Origin: Candidatus Subterrananammoxibius californiae
GTDB taxonomy: Bacteria; Planctomycetota; Brocadiia; Brocadiales; Subterrananammoxibiaceae
Reading direction: 5' to 3'
NCBI GenBank assembly: GCA_030586555.1
Contig: JAURAC010000010.1
Location: forward strand, 8,730 to 72,729
Length of the DNA: 64,000 nucleotides
The notes beneath the pieces are model-generated. The model was not told the origin of the DNA. It searched no databases and worked only from the letters and a program-made list of their open reading frames with translations. Shown in pieces: positions 36,977 through 46,900 of the stretch; within the stretch, counting starts at the first letter, position 1, and every line of letters starts with the position of its first letter. The translations under genes and the position numbers were made by a program.

Positions 36977-39109
36977 GTGAACGATTTGAGGCCAGAGGCT
37001 GTCGCCAGGAAAATCTTCGATATGTTGACAACGGGTTCTCAGCCATTATCAGAATTCGCACCGGAATGGAGAAATGAAGCCTCATCATATCTCGATACGT
37101 GCAAGAAGCTATTTCCAGAGGAACACGAACGACGTAAGCGTCTTGAGTTCTACCAAGAGGCGTGTGTGAAATTTGGGTTGGAGAATGTACCGCATATCTT
37201 GGTCAAGTGGTTGTTCTTAATTCTTTTCGAAGATTTTAATACGTTATATAGTCTTGCTGATAATAAATGTTGTCTTGACATCCTTTTGACAGGGATAACA
37301 CGTGCTTGTGTTGAAGAAATATTAGAAAAATACAAACAAGGCGCTAAAAAAGAAGAATTCTCTAAAGTAGCAAAGCTTTATTACGTCCGCTTGAAAGAAT
37401 GGGATTTAGACGAAGTTTTATCTCGTTTTAGGACAAATGTGTTACTACAAGTTAATGACAGCATATCGGAAGAAGAATCATCGTCTTTATCGAAAGAAAA
37501 GTGTTTGGCAAGTGTTGGCGTTGCTCTTTTCGAAGAGTTCAAAGAATGTAAAGGAGTAATTCAAGCACTTACAGAATCCTTAGAGAAAAACATTAATGAG
37601 TTTTCGTCAGGAAGATGGACGCAAGCTTTTCTCGATGCATGTATTTCTGAACGACCTTCCACGATGGTGGCAGGGGTATATTTCTTCAACCTTATTTACA
37701 GGGGCTTGATTTCTGATAACCCCACTAATCTTGATTTTCTCATTGCAAAGTGTCGGGAGTATTTTAATCAGGACAATATGGACATGCTTGTAGGTAAGGT
37801 TTTCGAGTGGGTAATAGACAAAGGGTCTAACAAAGACGTTTCGACTCACATCCAGAGAGCACTTTCCCTTTCTAAAGTGTATAGTGATACACATACTAAT
37901 CGTAAGTTGATAGAAGAGTTTAGCCAATACACGCTGCTTCAAGAAAATAACCAGCAGGGGTTTGTCAGGATTGCCTTTAAACTCTTACAAAGTTCAACGT
38001 CCCTAGACCCTATGGAAAGGATAAAGTGTCGGAAAGAAATTGAGGAACTTCTACTTAAGGACACGGTGGAGTCTAATGTAGTTTCAAGTGAAAATGCAAA
38101 GCACAATCTGGATGTGGTGAGAAAGGTTCTTCATGAAATTCCATGGAAGGTAACGCAGTCGGAACGTGTACCCAGAGATATTAAGAATGAAGTAGGTGCG
38201 TTGTTAAGCAAAACTTATGAAACCTTCCAAAGATACGCTACACAAAAAGTTAACCAGAAGCTGGCTCAGGAAAAAGCCTTGCAAGAAATCGCAACGTATG
38301 GAATGAATTATACTGAAGACAAAATCCGAACGCAAATAACAGTAACCGATCGCAGCGGTAAACGTCTTTGGCATAAGGACAAAAATCTCATCGGGACAAA
38401 AGTTACTGATACACCATCAAATGCATTCGAAATGGAGAGTGGAGAGTTTATTAGAACAGTAGTACGGCCATGGCGAGAAACATTGTGGCAATATTGCCGG
38501 TTTCCGGGATGGAATTATTATATATTTGTAGAAGGAGACTGGTATCCTTATGGTATAGAGAAAACGAGTAAAGAAAACACAGATAGGTTAACATTAACAA
38601 ACCCAAAGCTTATTACCATTATTCATTCTTCACGGCGAGAAGGCAATCGTACTCATTTCAGAATTCGTATAGAAGGGGAAAATCAGGACAATGAGAGGGC
38701 TGCATGGGGTGGAGTAACTATTAACGTACCAACGATAAGTTCAAAGGATGTCCTTGACAACACAAAGATACAAGCATGGAGCATCGGAAGTGCTCAACCT
38801 TTCTGGCGTTTACCAGGAGAAACGATATTTGGCTTTCTTGAAGACGATTCATTTGGTCAGAAGCAAGCGCAGTGTCTGTTTGTGGAAAGTGTTATTAACC
38901 TATGGAAACAGGGTTCTTGTATATCCCTCGAGGTTGCATTAACTACCCCTCTCACATCCTTGGAAGCACACGTTAGAACATGGGCAACGTGGAAGAAAAC
39001 CGATGGGGGGGAAAAGACCGATGGGGATCCCAGTTGGAGGGAACGCTTTGGGACTGGCACTACTCTTGACCAACAAAGAATTCCGGCTTATCAGATATTG
39101 ATTGGTTAG
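36977..39109 (+). CDS. Hypothetical protein (helical N-terminus, possible degenerate Cache domain, beta-rich C-terminus)
   Basis: 710-aa ORF; AQEKALQEI...VTDRSGKRLWHKDKNLIG...FPGWNYYI. Confidence 0.7.
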   Translation: MNDLRPEAVARKIFDMLTTGSQPLSEFAPEWRNEASSYLDTCKKLFPEEHERRKRLEFYQEACVKFGLENVPHILVKWLFLILFEDFNTLYSLADNKCCLDILLTGITRACVEEILEKYKQGAKKEEFSKVAKLYYVRLKEWDLDEVLSRFRTNVLLQVNDSISEEESSSLSKEKCLASVGVALFEEFKECKGVIQALTESLEKNINEFSSGRWTQAFLDACISERPSTMVAGVYFFNLIYRGLISDNPTNLDFLIAKCREYFNQDNMDMLVGKVFEWVIDKGSNKDVSTHIQRALSLSKVYSDTHTNRKLIEEFSQYTLLQENNQQGFVRIAFKLLQSSTSLDPMERIKCRKEIEELLLKDTVESNVVSSENAKHNLDVVRKVLHEIPWKVTQSERVPRDIKNEVGALLSKTYETFQRYATQKVNQKLAQEKALQEIATYGMNYTEDKIRTQITVTDRSGKRLWHKDKNLIGTKVTDTPSNAFEMESGEFIRTVVRPWRETLWQYCRFPGWNYYIFVEGDWYPYGIEKTSKENTDRLTLTNPKLITIIHSSRREGNRTHFRIRIEGENQDNERAAWGGVTINVPTISSKDVLDNTKIQAWSIGSAQPFWRLPGETIFGFLEDDSFGQKQAQCLFVESVINLWKQGSCISLEVALTTPLTSLEAHVRTWATWKKTDGGEKTDGDPSWRERFGTGTTLDQQRIPAYQILIG

Positions 39110-39222
39110 AAAAGTCATTCGTGTATTAAAATAATACCTTTATTAGACCTGTTTCTGACAGGTTTGGGAGTCGTAAATTTAAAATGTATTTAGTCTTGGC
39201 TTGTACAGGTTAGGGGCATATT

Positions 39223-42200
39223 ATGAAAGCAATTTCTATGTGTATATTCCTGTTAGTACTTAGCACTGGAACATGTTCCGCAGAGTTGAGTGACTCAACC
39301 CAAAAAGCATTTGAGATGAATTATGATTTCGATGGTAACGGACGGTTGATTGCAATCAGAAAACCAGACGAGGCTTTGATCCGTTACGAATATAGCGTGG
39401 AAGGCCGTCTATTGGCAGTCCATTCACCTGAAGATCGTACAGATTTCAAATATGATAGAAATGGTAATTGCATTGAAGTAAGGAATACAACGGGGGAAAC
39501 GCAGTATTTTTATAATCCTATGAATCAGTTGACAAAGGTTTCTTATGACTATCCTGGCATGAAAAAAAGTATTTCGTATGAGTACGACCCATGGGGCAGG
39601 CTTCAACACAAAGCGGTTCTCTCCGCAAATGGTGCGGAAGATGTGTATAACACATATCAATACGATATGTATGGAAGATTACAGTCTGCTGATGTAAATG
39701 GGTTAAAGATCAATTATGATTATGACCCTTCTTCACATGTTGTAACACGAACGCTTCAGAATAATGTTAAATCCATTTACAGATACAATTCAGACGGAAG
39801 GTTGTCGCAACTAGATCACTATGCAAATGAAAAAAATATCTCGTCTTTCCAATATACCTACAATCAGAATGGAAATTTGACAAAGCGTATTGAGATGCTG
39901 GGTAATCAAACCCTGGAAACTGACTTTCACTATAACAACACCGGTCAGATAACATCAATTACTCATCCAGATGGGAAGAGATTAAATTATAAATATTCTG
40001 CTGGTTTACTGAAAGAAATAGAGACACCTACAGGTAAAATGCCCGTCAATAGGGATACTCGAGGTTTGATAAACAGGATCGGCGACACCAATTATTTATC
40101 AGATAATATGGGAAGAATAACATCGGTACAAGATCCTTCATTCCAGCATCAATACACATACGACAGTATGGGTTATCTTAAGGAGATAAAAACTCCAAAA
40201 GGGGTGATGAGATTTGATTACAGCGCTGAGGGTCTGCCAATCAGAAACCAATGGGGCGACCAACAGACCTACCTTGTACCCGACCCTATGTCAAGTGTTG
40301 GGCAACCTTTTATGCTTTCCAATGCTGGAGCATACCACAATGTGCCCGTACCTGACCTTTCCATCGCGCATAATAAGCCGCATATCGAGATAAAACTTGG
40401 AGACGGTATGGGTAACTCTTATGTACATTTGACTGGAAAGTTTGATCGGTCTATGTCTTTTACACAATCGAGATTAAGCTCATCCCAACCTTCTCTATTC
40501 AAGATAGAGAAAGTTGATATTCCAAAGGTAGAATCTCCGTTTCACGGGATAAAATACGGCAAAGATGTCCAGGGTCTGATTGATATGGGACAGAAATTGC
40601 CCATGCCTTCCGCATCAAGAATAGAGACTTACGACAGATACTGGTCATCGGGTCAATATTGGCAGGATGACCCATATTATCGTAATCTGGGACTCAGTCC
40701 TCAATCCGGTCCAAAAAGTATGGAACAGTTTGCTGCCGATATTCAGAGCTGGCCACAAGAGTATTTACAAGTTTACGGTAGAACGCTTGGACTTACGACA
40801 TTAGGCATGGTTATTAGACCAGCGTTAATTGCAACTAATTGGGTCGGCAAACCATGGCCAATGAATTTTGCATTAGCAGGTGTAAAGGGAGGCGTGCGTG
40901 GACTATGGAATAGATGGTATGGCGAGCTTGGGAATTATCGATATACAGAAGATTTGAGAGTTGGGTTATCAGGATATGACAATGCATTTAGAAAAGTAGA
41001 GATTTCTAATCGGGGAGCACGCGGAATTTTCGAAATTGCAAGAGATTGGATGAATGCAGATAATATTCCAGAATTTTTACGAACATCTGGGCGTGATGCT
41101 GGCTGGACCTTTTTTGGATCCCCTCGTATTCAGGATATTGTAGGTTCTTGTATTAATAACAATAGCGAAAATTCATTGCCGAAATCTAACCTTGTTGAGA
41201 GGATGTTCGGTCCGTTCACTAATCTTTTAGATCCTTTTGGAAATTCGCGCTGGATTGGCCAAGACCGAAGTGGTGATCATTTTGCAGAGCCTTGGGAACG
41301 TGATTCAAAAAACAGACGTCCACTTGGAGATACTACTTTACCGGGACTTTCTTATTGGGATGAATTAGCCAGGCAACACGACATTCAAGATTACTTAAAC
41401 AAACATGCGCCAAAAAAAGGAACCGTAGTAGAAGTCCCTGGTCCCCATGGTAAAGAATACTACACCTCGCAAGGCAGGGAATCGAATCAGCACAATCTAT
41501 GGGTTGCAGGAAGGTGGTTTGGATTCGGGAAAGGCAACCTGTATCAAGAGGCGCCAAAAAGCAGCGCAAATGTTGTCCCTCTCGATGAACTCCGAAAGCA
41601 GTATCCTATAAAGGATAATCCCACAATCACCTCTTCGAAAACAGGTAAAGACAGCGACACATCTCGATATGATGCTCTTTATGAACCTAAAGACCCATTC
41701 AAATCATCTCAGCGAAGTGCTTTTCCACCACCATTTGGTGACGGTGGTGGAGGTGGTGGTGCTATGGCAACTACTCAGGATGCGTTAAAAGGTCTCGGCA
41801 ATAGGTGGGAACCCAAGGGTGTGAAGTTTGATAAACCAGCAGAATTCTATGGGTATCTTGGTGCAATTCAGGGCGTAAGCTTTGATCCAAGAACTAAACA
41901 CCTTGTTTTAATTGGAAATGGCAATCCGAAACTGCCTCCGATACGTATGGATGATTTCATTGTAGCCCTTCAGGTTATTTATGGTGGACAGGGCAACGAA
42001 TGTGAGGGTCCAATGTTTTCTCTGGAGCCTGCCGATAGTTCGAATCCCGCAGGTGACTGGCTTACGCCAAAGTATTGGCCTGATTTTTTGGAAGGAACCC
42101 ACATGGGTGACGTGATGCTCCGTGCAGATTGGGTTGCAAAGCAATATTCGTTCGGGGTATTTGCGGATTATGATGGTAAGATAATTGGTAAGCGTGTGTC

Positions 42201-43866
42201 GTCTGTTCCGGATTTTGCCAGTTACATAGAACGAGTGAAAGCCAATCCGAAGGTACTCTCGGAAGGGCGGTTAATTTCGCGCTTCTGGATTGTACCATTT
42301 GAAATGACGTTGTCGAAGTCAGATAACACAATAATCTTTACCAGCTCAACCATGCGATTAGAAGCTCAGCGGATGGAAATAACAGAAGGAGGTCTTGTAG
42401 ATAGTCACGATAAATCAGACGAAGCGGCCGAAGATTTTGCTAATGCCTTCGACTACGATAAATATGCGGCAGAATCTCCGGTTCTTGAGGAGGTAAGAGA
42501 GGCTGCCAAGGTAGTTGCTATTGTAAAATGGTTAAAAAGGATGGGTGTCGGGGTAAATGATTATAAGATTGATTGGAATTCTATTCCAAAATCAGAAGGT
42601 GAGACAAAAAAAATCCATTCTCTCTCAATTATAGAGTGTAACAATTTATGGGGATTTAGCAGCGGTATGATACGTTTTGTGGGTGGGGTTGAATTAAAGC
42701 CAATACTTACAACAGTGCCTCCAGCGCCATTCAGCAAGACACTCGATTTTGAGATTAATAAGATGGTAGCGGGGAATATAGGTACTTCTGTAGCGCAAAT
42801 GAAAACGGGTGATTCAGAAAACAAGATATATCGTATGGCTCCATTACCTCTTATGGAAGGTTCTCGGGAGATGTACCATCAGTGTCCTGTTGTTATTCAT
42901 GATGGAATAACGTATGCGGCAGATGGTCAGAAGCGTGTCCGATCTGCATTTGATCAGGATGGTAATACTGCAACGTTTAATTACGACAGTGAAGGACGTC
43001 TCACAGACGTTCAATTCCAATCATACGATAACTGGGAATTGTGTGGGACTTTATCTGAAGGAGGGGAAAAGGTTATTCGTATCCGTAGCCCCAAAGGTGA
43101 TGATGTAACATATCACTATCGTCCAGATGGACTTATAGCTGAAATTAAGGTAAATGGCAATCCAATTACTCATTTCTCCTGGAGTGATAATAAGAATTCC
43201 GTTGAAATAGGTCATGTGAAAATTTTTGAGGAATATCCCATTGGTGATATTTCTGGTAAACCAAAAAAAGTTGAAAAGACTGTTTGTAAAGAAAAAATAA
43301 CTGCCGTGAATAATGAGTTAAGCTATGTACGGGAAATTCTCGAAGATGTCCAGCGAACGGAAAAGGTTTCATACAAATATTCAAAAGATAGTGTATCAAT
43401 AGAAAGCACACATAGTGCACCTCTTTATATAGGGAAAAACGGTGATACTATAGTTGAACAAAGTTTAGGAAAAAAGATAACGTATGAATATGAACCTGAA
43501 AGTGGCATTCTCAAGAAAATCACTTGTGAAAATGGAGATTATATTGAATTTCTCCCTATTGAAAAGCGAACCGATGGGGATGTAATGACCGTACGTACAA
43601 AAAAGGGGAAAGATCAGGCAGAGATTTCTTTTTCGGAAAATCAGATTATTGTACGTGAGTTTAATGATACCGAGACAATTTATCAATACAAAGAGGGTCT
43701 ATTGCAATGGATTGATTCGCCTGTGGGAAGATGTACGTATTTGTACGACAACGGCCGTCTTTCATCAATAAAGTACCCTGATGGCTCTGAATTGAGGTTT
43801 ATTCTAAATGAAGGTATCAACGTAACAAGGCTAAGAGTGCAGAGAATAATGGCAAGTAAAAATTGA
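39223..43866 (+). CDS. Exported YD/RHS-repeat protein with central DUF1598-like region
   Basis: Sec-type signal peptide; YDxxGRL repeats at both N- and C-terminal ends; MDDFIVAL, MLRADWVAKQ, RFWIVP. Confidence 0.82.
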   Translation: MKAISMCIFLLVLSTGTCSAELSDSTQKAFEMNYDFDGNGRLIAIRKPDEALIRYEYSVEGRLLAVHSPEDRTDFKYDRNGNCIEVRNTTGETQYFYNPMNQLTKVSYDYPGMKKSISYEYDPWGRLQHKAVLSANGAEDVYNTYQYDMYGRLQSADVNGLKINYDYDPSSHVVTRTLQNNVKSIYRYNSDGRLSQLDHYANEKNISSFQYTYNQNGNLTKRIEMLGNQTLETDFHYNNTGQITSITHPDGKRLNYKYSAGLLKEIETPTGKMPVNRDTRGLINRIGDTNYLSDNMGRITSVQDPSFQHQYTYDSMGYLKEIKTPKGVMRFDYSAEGLPIRNQWGDQQTYLVPDPMSSVGQPFMLSNAGAYHNVPVPDLSIAHNKPHIEIKLGDGMGNSYVHLTGKFDRSMSFTQSRLSSSQPSLFKIEKVDIPKVESPFHGIKYGKDVQGLIDMGQKLPMPSASRIETYDRYWSSGQYWQDDPYYRNLGLSPQSGPKSMEQFAADIQSWPQEYLQVYGRTLGLTTLGMVIRPALIATNWVGKPWPMNFALAGVKGGVRGLWNRWYGELGNYRYTEDLRVGLSGYDNAFRKVEISNRGARGIFEIARDWMNADNIPEFLRTSGRDAGWTFFGSPRIQDIVGSCINNNSENSLPKSNLVERMFGPFTNLLDPFGNSRWIGQDRSGDHFAEPWERDSKNRRPLGDTTLPGLSYWDELARQHDIQDYLNKHAPKKGTVVEVPGPHGKEYYTSQGRESNQHNLWVAGRWFGFGKGNLYQEAPKSSANVVPLDELRKQYPIKDNPTITSSKTGKDSDTSRYDALYEPKDPFKSSQRSAFPPPFGDGGGGGGAMATTQDALKGLGNRWEPKGVKFDKPAEFYGYLGAIQGVSFDPRTKHLVLIGNGNPKLPPIRMDDFIVALQVIYGGQGNECEGPMFSLEPADSSNPAGDWLTPKYWPDFLEGTHMGDVMLRADWVAKQYSFGVFADYDGKIIGKRVSSVPDFASYIERVKANPKVLSEGRLISRFWIVPFEMTLSKSDNTIIFTSSTMRLEAQRMEITEGGLVDSHDKSDEAAEDFANAFDYDKYAAESPVLEEVREAAKVVAIVKWLKRMGVGVNDYKIDWNSIPKSEGETKKIHSLSIIECNNLWGFSSGMIRFVGGVELKPILTTVPPAPFSKTLDFEINKMVAGNIGTSVAQMKTGDSENKIYRMAPLPLMEGSREMYHQCPVVIHDGITYAADGQKRVRSAFDQDGNTATFNYDSEGRLTDVQFQSYDNWELCGTLSEGGEKVIRIRSPKGDDVTYHYRPDGLIAEIKVNGNPITHFSWSDNKNSVEIGHVKIFEEYPIGDISGKPKKVEKTVCKEKITAVNNELSYVREILEDVQRTEKVSYKYSKDSVSIESTHSAPLYIGKNGDTIVEQSLGKKITYEYEPESGILKKITCENGDYIEFLPIEKRTDGDVMTVRTKKGKDQAEISFSENQIIVREFNDTETIYQYKEGLLQWIDSPVGRCTYLYDNGRLSSIKYPDGSELRFILNEGINVTRLRVQRIMASKN

Positions 43867-43927
43867 TTGAATAATTTTATTAGAATTAAAGGAAGTTTTC
43901 ATTTTTATACTGGTTTTTCTGAAAGGG

Positions 43928-46900
43928 ATGATCAGAATGAGTATTTTACAATCTTTATTTGATTGGATTGTGTGTACAAAAATTTCTGTAAGGAAAGGTT
44001 TAGTCTTTTCCCTGATTATTTTAACATTATTCTTCTTTGTTATTCCGGTAATTTGCCAGGAAAATGGAGTTGGGAAAGTGGCAGGCTCTGAAGCCATTTC
44101 AAATGGAGAAGGTTCGGGAGGGGAAAAAACGGTTAGTCAGGACAACATTACTATAGAAGAATTAGAAAAACAATTTGGAAACGCCGTTAAGAATGTACAA
44201 CCATATCCGGAAATACCAAGGGAGATTAATCTGATTGAACAACCTAAGGTGCTCCGAAGAATCCTGCTGCCCGTATATCGTGATTTTCTGGTTATAAATG
44301 ATGACCTTGTAAGCAAGCACTTTCGCAGTGCAGACGAAGCTGTACTTGCCAACATTTTAAAGAAATGGAATTTGCCATTTCTCGACACAGAGCAGTATAT
44401 TTCTATTCCATTTTTCATCGAAATTCCAGCTTCTGAAGGAACAAAGCAAGGTATACCTCGTTTCATAATATCGTCAAAAATTCATAAATCCCCACTTTCA
44501 ACTCGTCTATATTATCTGGGAATGCTTAAGGCATACGCAGCGCTTCCACGTGCTTTTAAGGATGCCCCATCGTGTTGGTCTCATGGACTTTCAAGCCTGA
44601 TAGCACAAGATTTCTGGTATCCAGGGTCAATGGCATCTTGTCCAGAACTGGAAGTTGAAACAGCAATCGCCACCCTGCTCTTTCACAAAAATAACAACCT
44701 TATCTGGGATGCATACCTGGAAGATGAGTCGTCCTTTGACTATAATGCTTATAAAAATAGTCTCAGAAATACTATTAAAGATATAGGAAGTGGAGATACT
44801 GATAAGGCACTTACCGAACTCCTGCGTTCGCCAGAAGAATATTATGCACAGGGACAAAAGGAAAGAACGAATGCTGAAACGGAGGGAAAGAGCTTTGTAA
44901 CACTAATCCCTCCTAATATGTATATCCTGTGGTTGATTCTTCCAGATAGCGAGACAGGACTTCACTCTATTGCTGACTTTTCCAAGACCAATATTAAACA
45001 CAGTGGTTTACGATTGGTAATTCTTAATGCCTGCTACGATAAGCTTTGCGCTCGGTTTGGACAAACGCCAAATGGATTACTTACAAATTCTGCTATACTC
45101 CTATCGCAATATGTAGAGGATCGTCTTAGAGAACTTAGTCCAGAAGCAGAGAATGAAGCAAAGCAATTAATTAACAATTTTGATCAGCAAAGGGAGGACG
45201 TTTGGAATAAGTTTAACGATGAGCTTCAAAAACGTGGACAAAAGGATGAAGATTTAAAGAAAAAAATAATAGCTTACGATCCCTCGATGCTAAAGTGGAC
45301 ATTTACATTCCTTTACAATTACAGCCTTGATATCCGCAAGAAACAGAAAGAATTAAGGGATCAGATTCGTAGCGAGAATCCTGGTATTAGCGAAGAAGAT
45401 GTGGATAAAAAAACACCAGAGAAAATTACAGGAGAATTGATGCTTCAGTGGTGGCGTCAAGACCCATTGATTGCAAAATTGTTAGATAAAGTAGGTGAGC
45501 CGAGTTTGGATGTAAAACGTGCCGAACCAAACCGGGGAATACAACTTGATTGCGTCTGGAGCTTACAAAGACAGGGGACTTCGGATATAGAAAAGGTGAC
45601 TATCCATATATGGGACCCATGTTCATCAGGTGGTGGCAAGCCAAAACCGGGTGTTTCCGGTAAGGCAAAGGTGGTCGTGCGCAAAGACCTAAACTCTGCG
45701 CCAGAGGAGATTGAACTTAAGGATATAAAGAAAAATTATTTTGTTCAGACGCTTGGTAAAATTGACGATGTAGACGTAGAAAAAATGGAAGAGGACTGGG
45801 CGCGAGTTGTTGCAATTTCAACAGAAAATACCATAGCGCCATGGCAGATTAACTCGGGCGCAGGGCAATCACTGGAGATAGGCAGGATTCAGGCAGTACG
45901 GGTTAAGCTTGGTAATGAAAATACTTGGAAATGGCAGGAACCACGTTCTATACGTGCCAAAAAGGATGTCCTGTTGGGCATCAAACCAGAAGGTCCTATT
46001 CCTGAGAAGCAAAAGGCTTCATTCTTTCCAGCCGAAATTTCTAATTCGAGCGGCGTAAATAAAAATTTACAACTTGTTTTAATTCAACTATCGCACAAAG
46101 AGGTTACAGAACTTAAGGAATCTGGAACAGGTATATGGGGATATTTTGCCGATTCCAGGTTTGTACAGGCAGAGGTTTTCCCCGCAGATGAAGGTATTGA
46201 TGGTATGGCTGACATCGAAATACCCGACGGGAAAAAGAAGGTTGAATCCCTCCAACCTCCTGTCAGCGATAAACCAGGTGAAAAAGTAAACGCCTTTGAC
46301 TATAAAAATCCAAATACCTTTGTAGATAACATTCTAAAGCGTGATTCAAAGATTACTAATTACATTATTAAGATTTCCTATAAGCTTCCAGATGGTGGAT
46401 TAGGAAGTATTCGCGTAGCGGAAGGTCAATTGCTTGTGGTGTATGAATCAGAAAATAAGGTTATGTCGCTGAAAAAGGCATATCAGCTAAAGAATAAGAA
46501 TTTACTGGTATGCGGTTTTTTAAATGATGGCTCGCCAAAAACCGCCGAAATTACCAATCTCGAAGGGCTTGAAGAAAAGCTTGGGGTTTATGAAATTGCA
46601 TTGAAACAATGCCCCCTCATTCGTGTGAATGGCATCCTGATTCCGGTCAAAACAAAGCAAAGCCGTATTTATCCAGGCATTGAAAAGAATAGTTTAGTGC
46701 AAATGTCCCCTTCCCTTGAGATAGTACGAGAGGCAAGCGCCGAAAAGATAAATTTGAAAAGCTCTCTGTGTAAACGTGCCTTTGAGGTAAATACAACGAA
46801 CCTTATACTGTCATATAACGTTAATATAGATCCACGGAGCTTCTGGCAGGCAGAGATTGCCAAAAGGAATGACTATGAAAGTACCCGGTATGTTCAAATC

